59,582 nucleotides of DNA, from positions 1-59,582 of the forward strand of contig CAYOYV010000011.1 in NCBI GenBank assembly GCA_964408285.1. Direction: 5' to 3'. The translations under genes and the position numbers were made by a program. Below are positions 29,990 through 40,496 of the stretch, piece after piece; position 1 is the first letter of the stretch; each line of letters begins with the position of its first letter. This DNA comes from an uncultured Nitrososphaerota archaeon (lineage in GTDB: Archaea > Thermoproteota > EX4484-205 > JAAOZO01). The notes below the pieces were generated by a model, which was not told the DNA's origin, made no database searches, and saw only the letters and a list, made by a program, of their open reading frames with translations.

Positions 29990-31114
29990 TTGGCTCCAGA
30001 TATCTCGAAGAGATTCGAAAGACGCGGCCTACTATTATTAGAAGACGGTTCAATCTTCGAGGGTTGGGGCTTCGGTTCCTCCTGTCTCAGAACGGGGGAG
30101 GTGGTTTTCTCAACTGGGATGGTGGGGTATGTTGAATCACTCACAGATCCCTCCTATAGGGGCCAGATACTGGTGCAGACCTATCCCTCGATTGGCAACT
30201 ACGGAGTTACATCGACCTTCACTCAATCTGATCGAATCCAAGTTCGAGGGTATGTCATAAGGGATCCAGCTTGGGATCCAAGTCACTGGTCATCAAGCAA
30301 ATCACTGGATCATTGGCTTGCCGAAGAGGGAATCCCTGGCATTTGGGGCTTGGATACCAGGGCGCTGACCAAGAGACTGAGGGAAAAAGGAACAATGCTC
30401 GGGCTGATATACTCACTGGGGCAGGATGAGGAACCGGACAAAGGGAAGATCGACGAAGCTCTCCGGTCGATGGATGATCCAAACAAGTCCGACTTGGTTG
30501 CAGAAGTGGCAGCCAAGCAGAAGCGAACTCTCGGAAAAGGAGGAAGGCCAAGAATAGCAATCTATGACTTGGGGATTAAGCGGAGCACGATAAGGAGTCT
30601 TCTGGAGAGGGGGGCAGAACTTACCCTCTTGCCAAGGGAAACAAAGCCCGAAGAGCTGCTGGATGATCGAATAGAAGGTGTTCTCGTGTCGAACGGACCA
30701 GGAGATCCTAGGAACAACAAACAGCTCATCCAATTCGTGGCGACATTGGCGTCAGAGGGAATCCCATTGATGGGAATATGCCTTGGCCATCAGGTTATAG
30801 CACTCGCAATGGGTTGCGACTCCTTCAAGATGAAGTTCGGACATAGGGGCGTGAACCATCCAGTCACGTCACTGGCAGACGGGAGACTGGTCATAACTAG
30901 CCAGAATCACGGTTTCGCAATCGAAGAGAGTTCAGTAAGTGGAACTGGACTGGAGGTAACGCGGGTTCACTCAAACGATAAGACAATAGAGGGGTTCAGA
31001 CACTCTAGGTCGCCAATAATCACAACTCAATACCATCCGGAGGCCGCTCCCGGTCCGAGAGACGCCGATTCTCTATTCGACGAATTCCTGAGATTGGTGA
31101 AAGGCAATGCCTAA
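29990..31114 (+). CDS. carA: Carbamoyl-phosphate synthase small subunit
   Basis: GEVVFSTGM, SNGPGDP, GICLGHQ and QYHPEA. Confidence 0.97.
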   Translation: MAPDISKRFERRGLLLLEDGSIFEGWGFGSSCLRTGEVVFSTGMVGYVESLTDPSYRGQILVQTYPSIGNYGVTSTFTQSDRIQVRGYVIRDPAWDPSHWSSSKSLDHWLAEEGIPGIWGLDTRALTKRLREKGTMLGLIYSLGQDEEPDKGKIDEALRSMDDPNKSDLVAEVAAKQKRTLGKGGRPRIAIYDLGIKRSTIRSLLERGAELTLLPRETKPEELLDDRIEGVLVSNGPGDPRNNKQLIQFVATLASEGIPLMGICLGHQVIALAMGCDSFKMKFGHRGVNHPVTSLADGRLVITSQNHGFAIEESSVSGTGLEVTRVHSNDKTIEGFRHSRSPIITTQYHPEAAPGPRDADSLFDEFLRLVKGNA

Positions 31115-34100
31115 ACTGGGCGACATTGAAAAAGTGCTGATAATTGGGAGCGGCGGAATAGTGATAGGCCAAGCCGCAGAATTCGACTACTCCGGTTCTC
31201 AGGCACTGAAGGCCCTTAGGGAAGAGGGAATAAAGTCTGTCCTGATCAACCCGAACGTCGCAACCATTCAAACTGGCACGCGCCTTGCAGACAAAGTCTA
31301 CCTTGAGCCAATAACTCCGAGAATAGTCGAAAGGATAATCGAAAGAGAAAATGTCGACGGAATCCTCCTCGGCTTTGGGGGCCAGACCGCTCTTAACGTT
31401 GGCGCCGAACTCGGAAGATCAGGCGTGCTGCAGGAACATGCAGTCAGGGTCTTAGGAACTGGGATTAGGGCGATAGAAATCAGTGAAGACAGGTACCTCT
31501 TCAAGGAGAGAATGGCATCCCTCGGCCTAAGGGTCCCGGAAAGCGGAACGGCGAGTACACCGGAAGATTGTCTGAAGGTTGCAAACTCAATCGGGTATCC
31601 CATCATAATCAGGACATCCTACACCCTGGGAGGCACGGGAGCTGGAATTGCAGAAACCGATGCAGAACTACGCAAAATGGTCATGAGAGCCTTGAAGTGG
31701 ACGACGAAGCAGGAGATTCTGGTGGAGAAATATATCGGGCCCTGGAAGGAAGTCGAATATGAGGTGATGCGCGATTCAAAAGGAAATTCGGTTGCGGTCG
31801 CTACGATGGAAGGGGTTGATCCGCTTGGAATTCACACGGGTGACAAAATCGTCGTGTCGCCGATTCAGACACTCACGAACGAAGAATATCAGGATCTTAG
31901 GGATGACTCCCTGGGAATAGTCGGATCCATCGACATAGTCGGAGAGTGCAACATCCAGTATGGCATTGATCCTGACGGGAAGGATCAACCATATGTGATT
32001 GAACTGAATCCGAGGATGTCAAGATCAAGTGCCTTGGCCTCGAAGGCAACTGGCTACCCCTTGGCATATATCGCCGCCAAGCTCGCGCTGGGATATGGTC
32101 TTGACGAACTCCTGAACAAGGTCACAGGAGTCACCATAGCAGGATTTGAACCAGCAATGGACTATATGGTCGTCAAGATCCCTCGCTGGGACTTCGAGAA
32201 ATTCTCGGGGGAAGTGGATCGCACGATTGGACCCATGATGAAATCGGTCGGAGAGGTCATGGCAATTGGAAGATCGTTCGAGGAGGCGATTCAGAAGGCC
32301 ATCAGGATGATGGACAAGGGGAAATTGGGTCTTCTCTGCAACGAGGAAGATTCGAAGGAAACAACAGATGCCGTCATACGCGAAGGCCTCTCAATACCGA
32401 ATGACCGCCGGATACTCTACATAGGAGCGGCATTTTCCAGGGGCTATGTTCTAGACGAAGTCCACGAACTGACAAAGATAGACAGGTGGTTCCTTTCCAA
32501 GATAAGGGACGCAGTTCTAGTTGGGCACAAGCTGAGGGAAGTGACAACCGACGACCAAAAGAAGAAGTGGGTGCTCTTGGCCAAGAGGTATGGATACTGT
32601 GACGAACAGATAGCCAAACTACTCCGATGCAGCGAAGAGGAGGTAAGGGATTTCAGAACTAGGAATGGAATCAAGCCCTCGTTCAAAATAATCGATACAA
32701 CGGCCGCGGAATGGCCCTCTCGCACTAACTACTGCTATGTTTCATATGGTGACACGGAGGACGATGTGGAAGAATCGAGCGGAAAGAGCAAGGCTTTGGT
32801 CTTGGGGGCAGGATCGAACAGGATAGGTAGCAGTGTTGAGTTCGACTACTGCACAATGAACCTAGTCTGGTCTCTGAAGTCAGAGGGAATCGATGAGGTG
32901 ATAGTAGCGAACAACAATCCGGAAACGGTCTCCACGGACTATGATATGTCGGACAAGCTGTATTTCGAAGAATTGAGTCTGGAGCGGGTCCTCGACATTG
33001 TAGAAAAGGAAAAACCCATGGGGGTCGTAGTCTCCGTGGGTGGCCAGATACCGAACAACCTTGCCCTCTCTCTCAGCAGACTGAAGGTGAAGATACTTGG
33101 AACATCTGCCGAGAGCATAGATGCCGCGGAGGATAGGTCGAAGTTCAGCTCGCTACTTGACAGATTAGGCATCCCTCAACCTCCTTGGTCACGGGTCCAT
33201 TCGCTAGAACAGGCAAAATCTAAGGCCATGGAGTTCGGTTATCCTGTTTTGATTCGTCCTTCATATGTTCTGTCTGGGGCCGCAATGAGCGTTGCGAACA
33301 ACGAGAATGAGCTTGTATCTTTCGTGGAAAGGGCAACACGACTATCAGGTGAGAATCCAGTAGTCATCACCAAGTTCATTGACGGAGCGATTGAGTGCGA
33401 GATAGATGCCGTTTCCGACCGAAGCGGGAACCTGTCATACGTTATCCTCGAACACATCGAAGCGGCTGGAACCCATAGCGGAGATGCCATCGTAGTCACT
33501 CCACCTCAAAGAATCGGCCAGTCACTTCAAGGCAGGATGGTTGAGATTGCACGAGCATGCGCCAAAGAACTCTCGATCAGAGGCCCCTTTAACATTCAGT
33601 TCCTGCTGAAGAAAGAAACTGTGTACGTAATCGAAGTGAATCTCAGAGCCTCTAGGAGTATGCCCTTCTCAAGCAAGGCAACGGGCCTTCCTCTGGCATA
33701 TCTAGCAGCCAAGGCAATCCTCGGCAGGGAGATCAATAACCACAGCGCGAGTTCTGACGACGGATTCGTGAGCGTGAAGGTTCCCACCTTCTCCTTCGCT
33801 AGACTAAAGGGAGCGGATCCTGTTCTCGGAGTGGAGATGAATTCCACTGGGGAGGTGGCCTGCACTGACAAGAAACTGAGTCGCGCCCTTCTCAAGGCCC
33901 TCCTGGCCTCCGGAATGAAGCTACCCGGAAGGGACAAAGCCATTCTCCTCACGGTCTCAGACAGGGAAAAACCCAGACTGGGACCAATAGCCGCTGCCTT
34001 CTCAAGCAATGGATATAGGCTATTTGCCACTGAAGGGACTTCCCACGCGATAAGATCGAAGGGCTATGATGTCGAGCGTGTTTCCAAGATCGGTGAGCGC

Positions 34101-34367
34101 CCCCAGCTCAACGATATCCTGTCACTTATTTCCGAAGGAAAGATGGGCCTAATAGTGAACATACCTGCTGGATCCTCAAGGATAGCACTAGATCACATGT
34201 ACAGTATGAGGAGAACTGCAGTCGAGTTCTCGATACCAATAGTGACAGAAATGAATTCAGCAAACGCGATAGCGGAAGCCATGAAGGAAGGACTAGACGA
34301 ATCGAGTTTCGACCTGTTCTCGCTCACCGAAAGGCTTAGGAACGTCTCATCATCGGCACTTATCTGA
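31107..34367 (+). CDS. carB: Carbamoyl-phosphate synthase large subunit
   Basis: IGQAAEFDYSG, two ATP-grasp halves and C-terminal MGS domain. Confidence 0.97.
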   Translation: MPKLGDIEKVLIIGSGGIVIGQAAEFDYSGSQALKALREEGIKSVLINPNVATIQTGTRLADKVYLEPITPRIVERIIERENVDGILLGFGGQTALNVGAELGRSGVLQEHAVRVLGTGIRAIEISEDRYLFKERMASLGLRVPESGTASTPEDCLKVANSIGYPIIIRTSYTLGGTGAGIAETDAELRKMVMRALKWTTKQEILVEKYIGPWKEVEYEVMRDSKGNSVAVATMEGVDPLGIHTGDKIVVSPIQTLTNEEYQDLRDDSLGIVGSIDIVGECNIQYGIDPDGKDQPYVIELNPRMSRSSALASKATGYPLAYIAAKLALGYGLDELLNKVTGVTIAGFEPAMDYMVVKIPRWDFEKFSGEVDRTIGPMMKSVGEVMAIGRSFEEAIQKAIRMMDKGKLGLLCNEEDSKETTDAVIREGLSIPNDRRILYIGAAFSRGYVLDEVHELTKIDRWFLSKIRDAVLVGHKLREVTTDDQKKKWVLLAKRYGYCDEQIAKLLRCSEEEVRDFRTRNGIKPSFKIIDTTAAEWPSRTNYCYVSYGDTEDDVEESSGKSKALVLGAGSNRIGSSVEFDYCTMNLVWSLKSEGIDEVIVANNNPETVSTDYDMSDKLYFEELSLERVLDIVEKEKPMGVVVSVGGQIPNNLALSLSRLKVKILGTSAESIDAAEDRSKFSSLLDRLGIPQPPWSRVHSLEQAKSKAMEFGYPVLIRPSYVLSGAAMSVANNENELVSFVERATRLSGENPVVITKFIDGAIECEIDAVSDRSGNLSYVILEHIEAAGTHSGDAIVVTPPQRIGQSLQGRMVEIARACAKELSIRGPFNIQFLLKKETVYVIEVNLRASRSMPFSSKATGLPLAYLAAKAILGREINNHSASSDDGFVSVKVPTFSFARLKGADPVLGVEMNSTGEVACTDKKLSRALLKALLASGMKLPGRDKAILLTVSDREKPRLGPIAAAFSSNGYRLFATEGTSHAIRSKGYDVERVSKIGERPQLNDILSLISEGKMGLIVNIPAGSSRIALDHMYSMRRTAVEFSIPIVTEMNSANAIAEAMKEGLDESSFDLFSLTERLRNVSSSALI

Positions 34368-34416
34368 TGCTTTGAGCGAACGATTTAAATAACCGAAGCA
34401 ACGAGCCCGGATAATC

Positions 34417-34800
34417 TTGGCGCAGATGAATAGAAGGATCACGAGGAAGCAGGAGGTCACCTTGTTGCCGAAGTTAGAGTCCTCACTGTCGCATTTGCTA
34501 GGAGGAGATCTGAAGAAAGCAGAATCGGTTCTCAGCAAGCTAGATGTTACAGAGGATGAATATGTGAAGGGCTATAGGGATGCTCTCCAGGGAATTGTAA
34601 ATTCACTGAATTCCCAGGATCGAAAGAGCTTCGTGTTCAGATTGTCTGGCGATGCCCAATTCCTTAGGAATGAGCTCACAAGGCTGAAGGAAACTGAGGA
34701 GGCACACCTTTGCACAGAGTGGGATCTCGGCTACTTCAAATGCTGGACATCATATCTTGAGGGTCTTCTCAGGGTCTCAGCCAGTGTGAAAAAACAGTGA
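34417..34800 (+). CDS. Hypothetical helical protein
   Basis: Fills the gap after carB with a TTTAAAT promoter-like site upstream; two similar E..KGY/E.D.GY segments. Start uncertain. Confidence 0.6.
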   Translation: MAQMNRRITRKQEVTLLPKLESSLSHLLGGDLKKAESVLSKLDVTEDEYVKGYRDALQGIVNSLNSQDRKSFVFRLSGDAQFLRNELTRLKETEEAHLCTEWDLGYFKCWTSYLEGLLRVSASVKKQ

Positions 34801-35085
34801 ATACACAAGGATCCACATGAACAGCCAAGAGATGAAAAAGATTCCGATTCCTATCCTAGAAATCTTCGATGTACCTCCAAGGAGCTGAAGTCGATATTCG
34901 CCGAGAGCAGTTCTGATAAGATAGTATGAGATCACGTAGAAGAGCACAGCGATAGAGGCGGCCTGCAGTAGGCCCCCCCAAGCTTCCCTCCAAAGGGCTG
35001 CATATCCCGCCCCCAGAGCCGATCCGAGGGCTGCCCTTGACCAGTATATGATTTGTTCAAGCTTATCTTTCTCGCCTTGGCTCAT
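34777..35085 (-). CDS. Three-TM membrane protein, EMC6/Rab5ip-like
   Basis: Three hydrophobic segments; C-terminal GIGIFFISWLFMWILVYSL resembles the EMC6 final helix pattern. Confidence 0.6.
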   Translation of the reverse strand: MSQGEKDKLEQIIYWSRAALGSALGAGYAALWREAWGGLLQAASIAVLFYVISYYLIRTALGEYRLQLLGGTSKISRIGIGIFFISWLFMWILVYSLFFHTG

Positions 35086-35099
35086 TCTACACTCTCCTC

Positions 35100-36992
35100 A
35101 TGATGAACGTGAAGAGGCTTCCATCAAGGCTCGAGACATTAAAACTTAGCGATGAGTTAGACAGACTCCTAGGCGGCTGCATCCTTTCGAACTTCTACCA
35201 AGACAGGCCGCACCAAATCTCACTTTTAAAGGTGAGTAGCCCGACCGGGCCGATACGGCTTGTCTATCAACATGGCGTCCGATTTCACAGGACAAACTAC
35301 GCCTACCCTTTCGCAAAGCAACCTGACAGAATCGTGTCTGGACTGAGGACTGTGATAAGAGGTGCTAAGATCACTGCGGTCTCCCAACACGCTTTTGATC
35401 GAGTTGTGAAAATCGCGCTGATGTCGAAGAAAGCACCCCTGGATATGTTCCTAGAGGTCATGGCAGGAGGAGTACTCGCAGTAACAGATGACCGGGGGGA
35501 GATTCTGTATACAACTGAAAGGAAGAGAATGAAGGACAGGGAGATAGCCATCGGCTTGCCGTATTCGCCTCCGCCTTCGAAATTCCCCTCTCCTTTTTCA
35601 ATCACGGACAGAGAGCTAGAAGCCTTCTCCGCGATCTCAGGAACAGTATCGAAGGTGTTGGAGACGACGTTTGGGTTGGGCAACATGGCATATGACGTAT
35701 GCTTTTCCTTGGAGGTCGATCCAACATCTGACTGGGCAGCATTAAAGCAAAAAGAACAACAATCGCTAATACGGAAGGGAGCTGAGATCGCGCTCAGCCT
35801 GACTCCCAGACCCACGCTATATCTCTCGAATGGGGAACCGAACGACTATTCTCTGGTTCCACTCAAGACTCCACCTTCTGCTGACTCCTACTCCTTTGAT
35901 TCAATTTCAGAGCTAATGGATGCCTATTACACCTGGTCGGGACGGCTCAGCATGCCATCAAAACGAGAGTCGGATCCAAAGCTGGAGGCGATGAAGACCT
36001 CATCGGAATCGTTGAGGCTTTCCTCAGAGAGAACAAAAGAGATCGCTTCCCTGATCATGGCAAATCCATTACCTTTCGAGAAGGCGCTGTCCCTGTCAAA
36101 GCAGGGAAAGGTAGGTCCCGTCGAGGAAGGCATTGAGCTCCTAAAGATAGATTACGATAGAGGCATGGTGGCTCTAGTCGTACATGGCAAGGAATTCCAG
36201 ATGGATAGAACTGCGTCAGCTTTGTCAAACGCATCTCGACTGTTCGATCTTTCGAAGGAGCTATTCACCAAGTCACTGGAATTGGATTTTCAGATTGATC
36301 GCTACCGAGGTCCAGAGGAACAGATTGAGGCAATCAGGTTGACAAGGCTCAAGGAAAGGCCTTGGTATGATAAGTTCAGGTGGGCGATCTTATCAACTGG
36401 CAGGATGGCATTGCTGGGCAAGGACGCCCATTCAAACGAAGTGCTTCTCAGGAAATATTCAAATGAGAATGATATTATCGTTCATTCCCAAATGCCCGGC
36501 TCCCCATTCGGGCTCGTGTGGTTGAGAGGAGAGGCAGATGAGTCTGAGATCGACGAGGTGGCGAATCTGGTTGCCTCGTACACGTCGAAAGCTTGGGAAT
36601 CGGGATTCTCGTCACTTGATGTCTTCTGGGTCAGGCGTTCGCAATTGAGGAAAGCACCTCCCTCTGGAACCTTTCTTCCGCGTGGTTCATTTGCCGTCTC
36701 TGGCAAACGGAATTACATTAGGGGAGCAAGGCTGGGAATAGGTCTAGCAGCCAGAAAGCTCAACAATGATGTGGAATTCCTGGCCCTGTCGCTGAAGGCC
36801 ACTTCCAACTTCTTGAGCTACGCGGTCCTGAAGCCGGGAGATGAGCCGAACTCAAAGGTGGCCCACAGATTGGGTGCCCTGTTTGCTAGGTCTCTTGCCA
36901 TGGAACCGACGAGGTCCCTAGCAGACTCCATAAGGTCGAAAATCCCAAATAAGGGGAGTTCGATAGCTGAGTTGGTGAATCTTCAAGGATGA
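35100..36992 (+). CDS. rqcH: NFACT-family ribosome quality-control protein (Rqc2/RqcH homologue)
   Basis: QHAFDRVV (NFACT-N), WYDKFRW, GKDAHSNE and PPSGTFLPRGSF (NFACT-R). Confidence 0.88.
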   Translation: MMNVKRLPSRLETLKLSDELDRLLGGCILSNFYQDRPHQISLLKVSSPTGPIRLVYQHGVRFHRTNYAYPFAKQPDRIVSGLRTVIRGAKITAVSQHAFDRVVKIALMSKKAPLDMFLEVMAGGVLAVTDDRGEILYTTERKRMKDREIAIGLPYSPPPSKFPSPFSITDRELEAFSAISGTVSKVLETTFGLGNMAYDVCFSLEVDPTSDWAALKQKEQQSLIRKGAEIALSLTPRPTLYLSNGEPNDYSLVPLKTPPSADSYSFDSISELMDAYYTWSGRLSMPSKRESDPKLEAMKTSSESLRLSSERTKEIASLIMANPLPFEKALSLSKQGKVGPVEEGIELLKIDYDRGMVALVVHGKEFQMDRTASALSNASRLFDLSKELFTKSLELDFQIDRYRGPEEQIEAIRLTRLKERPWYDKFRWAILSTGRMALLGKDAHSNEVLLRKYSNENDIIVHSQMPGSPFGLVWLRGEADESEIDEVANLVASYTSKAWESGFSSLDVFWVRRSQLRKAPPSGTFLPRGSFAVSGKRNYIRGARLGIGLAARKLNNDVEFLALSLKATSNFLSYAVLKPGDEPNSKVAHRLGALFARSLAMEPTRSLADSIRSKIPNKGSSIAELVNLQG

Positions 36993-37381
36993 AGCTTAGG
37001 CTCAGCACGTTCATAATCTTCATAGCAATGTCCTTCTTGGTTGACGGCCTTTGTGCCTTACTCTCCATGATGTGGGCAGTACCTGAACCCTTGACCTCTA
37101 ACTCTGTGTTCTGGGTATCCCTTGCACTGACCCATCTGTTCCTGGGGATGGGTCTTTCTTGGCGAAATGAATTGATGCTGTCGATCTTAGTGGGCCTTTT
37201 TTCCTCCGCCTTAGGTTACATAGCCTTCAGCATTTCCGTTTTCGATCTCAACTTCATCCTGAGGTCAGAGTTTCCGTTATTCTGTTTACTACTCGGCTCT
37301 GCAACCGGTTCCTTCATTTCCTCAATCTTTTCCCGCATATTCCTTGGAATCAGGGGCGGCTCACCACAAGAAGCACCATAG
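36989..37381 (+). CDS. Hypothetical four-TM membrane protein
   Basis: Hydrophobic ORF overlapping the rqcH stop (ATGA). Confidence 0.6.
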   Translation: MKLRLSTFIIFIAMSFLVDGLCALLSMMWAVPEPLTSNSVFWVSLALTHLFLGMGLSWRNELMLSILVGLFSSALGYIAFSISVFDLNFILRSEFPLFCLLLGSATGSFISSIFSRIFLGIRGGSPQEAP

Positions 37382-37499
37382 ATGGAAATCTAGGGGCGTC
37401 TTCGATCCCTTCCGATATGCCACCTGAAGTCTTTATCAGAAGCCATCATATTCAAATCTATGGCAATAGAGGCCGCGTCAGCCGAGGAAGGAACAGATC

Positions 37500-38183
37500 A
37501 TGGTAGTGATAGCTGCTGTCTCAGACATACATTCCCCCCGCTTCTTGGATCAGTTCCTTGCCTCCATGGGAATAAGGATGAACCAGGCTGAATTGATGCT
37601 GTGGGCAGGGGACATGGTGTGGAGGGGAAGAATAAGCACACTCGATTCAGTGCTGAAAGGAGTCAGAAAGGTCTACAACGGCAGAATAATTGCAGTATTC
37701 GGCAACGAGGAGCACGATGACCTGAAGCCCCGTTTCATCAAGAATTACCCCGAAATAACTTGGCTTGATGATTCAGAAATTGATCTCGAAATCGCTGGCA
37801 GGAAGATGAGGATAGTGGGAACAAAGGGAAGCCTGGGAGAGCCGACCACCTGGCAAGAGAAAAACATCCCAAACATTCAGGAGATCTACGCAAATAGGAT
37901 TCAGAAGGTCAGGTGGATGCTATCCAAGAGGGAAAGTGGCGTGATCAACCTTTTCCTCACCCATTATTCGCCTTCGTCCCTGACAATAGCAGGGGAAAGT
38001 CCTGCCCTCTATCCCGTTCTGATGGATGAAAGAATGGAGACGGTGGTCAGAGAGACCAAACCTGATTTCGTTGTACATGGCCACTCGCACAATTCCAGGG
38101 TCCTGTATTCAGAGGTCGAAGGGATCAGAGTATTCAATGTTGCTTTTCCAGCCAGAAAACGCATCACAATGATAGATATCTGA
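37500..38183 (+). CDS. Calcineurin-like metallophosphoesterase
   Basis: SDIH, AGD, GNEE, THY and HGHSH. Confidence 0.88.
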   Translation: MVVIAAVSDIHSPRFLDQFLASMGIRMNQAELMLWAGDMVWRGRISTLDSVLKGVRKVYNGRIIAVFGNEEHDDLKPRFIKNYPEITWLDDSEIDLEIAGRKMRIVGTKGSLGEPTTWQEKNIPNIQEIYANRIQKVRWMLSKRESGVINLFLTHYSPSSLTIAGESPALYPVLMDERMETVVRETKPDFVVHGHSHNSRVLYSEVEGIRVFNVAFPARKRITMIDI

Positions 38184-38312
38184 ACGGTCCGGCTTGCACT
38201 TTCACGAGGGCTTTGTGCATGTTCTACATTCACTTCACGGAGCTGAGCCGCCGCGCGTTCGGATACTTGCTTCGTGATTGATCCGATGTAGAAAGGGATC
38301 AGGAGGAGATCC

Positions 38313-38879
38313 CTACTCACGTCTTTCTTCCTTCCAGACATCGCCTCTTGGGTGATATCCCCTTCGTTCCCAGTAGCCCGGCTCATAGTGGTCCATGAAG
38401 ATGATCTCAGAAACCCACTTGGCATACTTCCAAGCATAGAGGCCTGGAACAACAAGGCGAACTGGGAAGCCCAGTTCGGCCTCCAGTTCCCGTCCGTTCA
38501 TGAATGTCGCAAGGAGACACCCACCTTTTCTTGTTTCATCTATTGGTATTGTCGTCGAATAGCCGTCCAGGCACCTGAAAAACACGTGTGTTGCAGACAC
38601 TTTGGGGCCAGCAAGGTCGACAATCTTCCGGAGTGGGATCCCCTTCCATCTTACTCCCCTTACTGACCAACCTTCAACGCAATGGAGATCATCCACCATC
38701 TCAAGGTCTGACATGCCTTTGACTTGGTCAAGATCAAACTCAAGCGGATTCAATATCTCACCTCTAACCCTCAATCTATAGGCTCCTATGTCTACTTTGG
38801 GTACGCCAAGCACCGCGTATTCTGTTATCTTATCAACCCACTTCTGCCCTGGAGGCAGTCTTCCTTCAGACAATGTCAC
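38313..38879 (-). CDS. Sulfite-oxidase-like molybdopterin-binding oxidoreductase
   Basis: RLPPGQ, DLHCVEGWS, GFPVRLVVP, KYAKWV and GYWE..GYH. Confidence 0.9.
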   Translation of the reverse strand: MTLSEGRLPPGQKWVDKITEYAVLGVPKVDIGAYRLRVRGEILNPLEFDLDQVKGMSDLEMVDDLHCVEGWSVRGVRWKGIPLRKIVDLAGPKVSATHVFFRCLDGYSTTIPIDETRKGGCLLATFMNGRELEAELGFPVRLVVPGLYAWKYAKWVSEIIFMDHYEPGYWERRGYHPRGDVWKEERRE

Positions 38880-38994
38880 GTGATTCGGCGTCGAGCCGTT
38901 AAAAACTTGATTACAATCTGGAAAAATATGCTTCAGTCAACATGTCGACCTAGGATGGAAACATAATATAATTCCATTCCTTCTTAGGAGTACA

Positions 38995-39789
38995 ATGGAA
39001 GGGGTAATCGAACCCGGGGAATTCGTCAAAGTCCTGTTCGTAGATGGCAAGTCGTCTGTACAAAGGGTCAGAAAGGACGGGATCGAGACACACGATGGAG
39101 GGGTCAAACTCAGCGAGACGGAGAAGATGAGATTCGGTACTGTTGTGGAGACAAACATCGGCAGGAAACTGACATTAGTGAAGCCAACGCTTTCGGATCT
39201 CGTTTCAAGGATAGCTAGGAGGACTCAGGTGCTCTATCCTAAGGAGGTGGGATACCTGCTGCTCTCTCTCGACATAGCGCCCGGGTCATTGGTTTTCGAA
39301 GCGGGAACCGGAAGTGGAGTGTCAACCGCGTACATCGCCAACATCGTGAGGCCGAGCGGCAAGGTCGTATCCATGGATGTCAATGAAGAATCGGTTGAGA
39401 TAGCTAGGAAGAATCTCTCCTTGCTCGGGCTTTCGGACTACGTGGAGCTGAGGTTGGGCGATGTTGTAGGAGGGGTGCCTGAGAGGAACCTCTTCGATGC
39501 AGCGGTGATGGATCTTCCATCGCCATGGGAAGCGAGTCGAGCCTTCTGGAACCTCCTGAAACCATCGTCCCGAGTTGCTGTCGTCATCCCAACCTATAAT
39601 CAGTTGGAGAAAACTGCTACATCTCTAGAGGAAGCTGGCTTCTCGGTCTTGGACTGTGTCGACATTTCGGTCCAGGGAATCAGGGTCAAGAAGGGGGCAG
39701 TCAGGCCGTTGCCATTCTCAAGAACTCATAATGCCTTTCTGATGTTTGCCGCGAAGGTTCTAACAAGGGACCAATGGAGCAAAAGTTAA
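38995..39789 (+). CDS. trmI: tRNA (adenine-57/58-N1)-methyltransferase
   Basis: RRTQVLYPKE, EAGTGSG, DLPSPW, VRP and H-x-x-F motif. Confidence 0.9.
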   Translation: MEGVIEPGEFVKVLFVDGKSSVQRVRKDGIETHDGGVKLSETEKMRFGTVVETNIGRKLTLVKPTLSDLVSRIARRTQVLYPKEVGYLLLSLDIAPGSLVFEAGTGSGVSTAYIANIVRPSGKVVSMDVNEESVEIARKNLSLLGLSDYVELRLGDVVGGVPERNLFDAAVMDLPSPWEASRAFWNLLKPSSRVAVVIPTYNQLEKTATSLEEAGFSVLDCVDISVQGIRVKKGAVRPLPFSRTHNAFLMFAAKVLTRDQWSKS

Positions 39790-39816
39790 AATCATCTACA
39801 CGAGGCAGCAGCCACA

Positions 39817-40374
39817 ATGCAGGAGAAGGCCAAGGAAACCAACACATTCACTGTTCTCGCCAATGGAATGCTCTATCTTTCCATCTTGGTGATTATTGCT
39901 TCAATCTCTGTCTTTGGCTTTGAGGGATACCTTAACAATGCGATCTTGGTCTATTCATCGCAACTCCTACTTCTGCTTTCAACCATGATTCCCTTCCTCC
40001 CCCGCGACAACGAATCCTTCAGTAGGCTCTTCAATAGAAGCGCAGGAGGCTTGTTGATCTTCTCTCTGCTTTCAGCCCTCGAGCTGATATACTACTCGAG
40101 ATTGAAGACCTCGACCCTGTTGGCGAGTCTAGGGATGGTCGCTCTGTTCGGCTTCTCTTCCTATAAGGCAGTTCTCATAGGGCAGAAGAGGGCATATGGT
40201 CGCGAGATGCTGGACCTGCTGGGAGCTGGCCTCACTGCTTTCGGGGCCGTACTGCAAGCGTTTGCAAGTAGATTCAGCGTTCAGCAAGCTAACACCATAG
40301 GGTTCTTTGGCATCCCGCTTGTCATTCTTGGCCTAGCTATGCTTTTCTATTCTAGGTTCATGCTCAAACGCTGA
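39817..40374 (+). CDS. Hypothetical six-TM membrane protein
   Basis: About six hydrophobic segments; no motif recognised. Confidence 0.6.
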   Translation: MQEKAKETNTFTVLANGMLYLSILVIIASISVFGFEGYLNNAILVYSSQLLLLLSTMIPFLPRDNESFSRLFNRSAGGLLIFSLLSALELIYYSRLKTSTLLASLGMVALFGFSSYKAVLIGQKRAYGREMLDLLGAGLTAFGAVLQAFASRFSVQQANTIGFFGIPLVILGLAMLFYSRFMLKR

Positions 40375-40466
40375 TTCTGATACGGATTTCTTGAATCGGC
40401 CTAATCCAAGGATCCGAGATAATCGAGACTTATGTCGTTTAAAACCTAGAAATCTTTGGCTAAGTC

Positions 40467-40474
40467 TTATTAAA
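40467..40474 (+). promoter_or_regulatory. Putative TATA box for the downstream candidate ncRNA
   Basis: TTATTAAA about 25-30 nt upstream of the closing helix at ~40498. Confidence 0.5.
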
Positions 40475-40496
40475 CAAATCCGGCCCGATTCTCATG

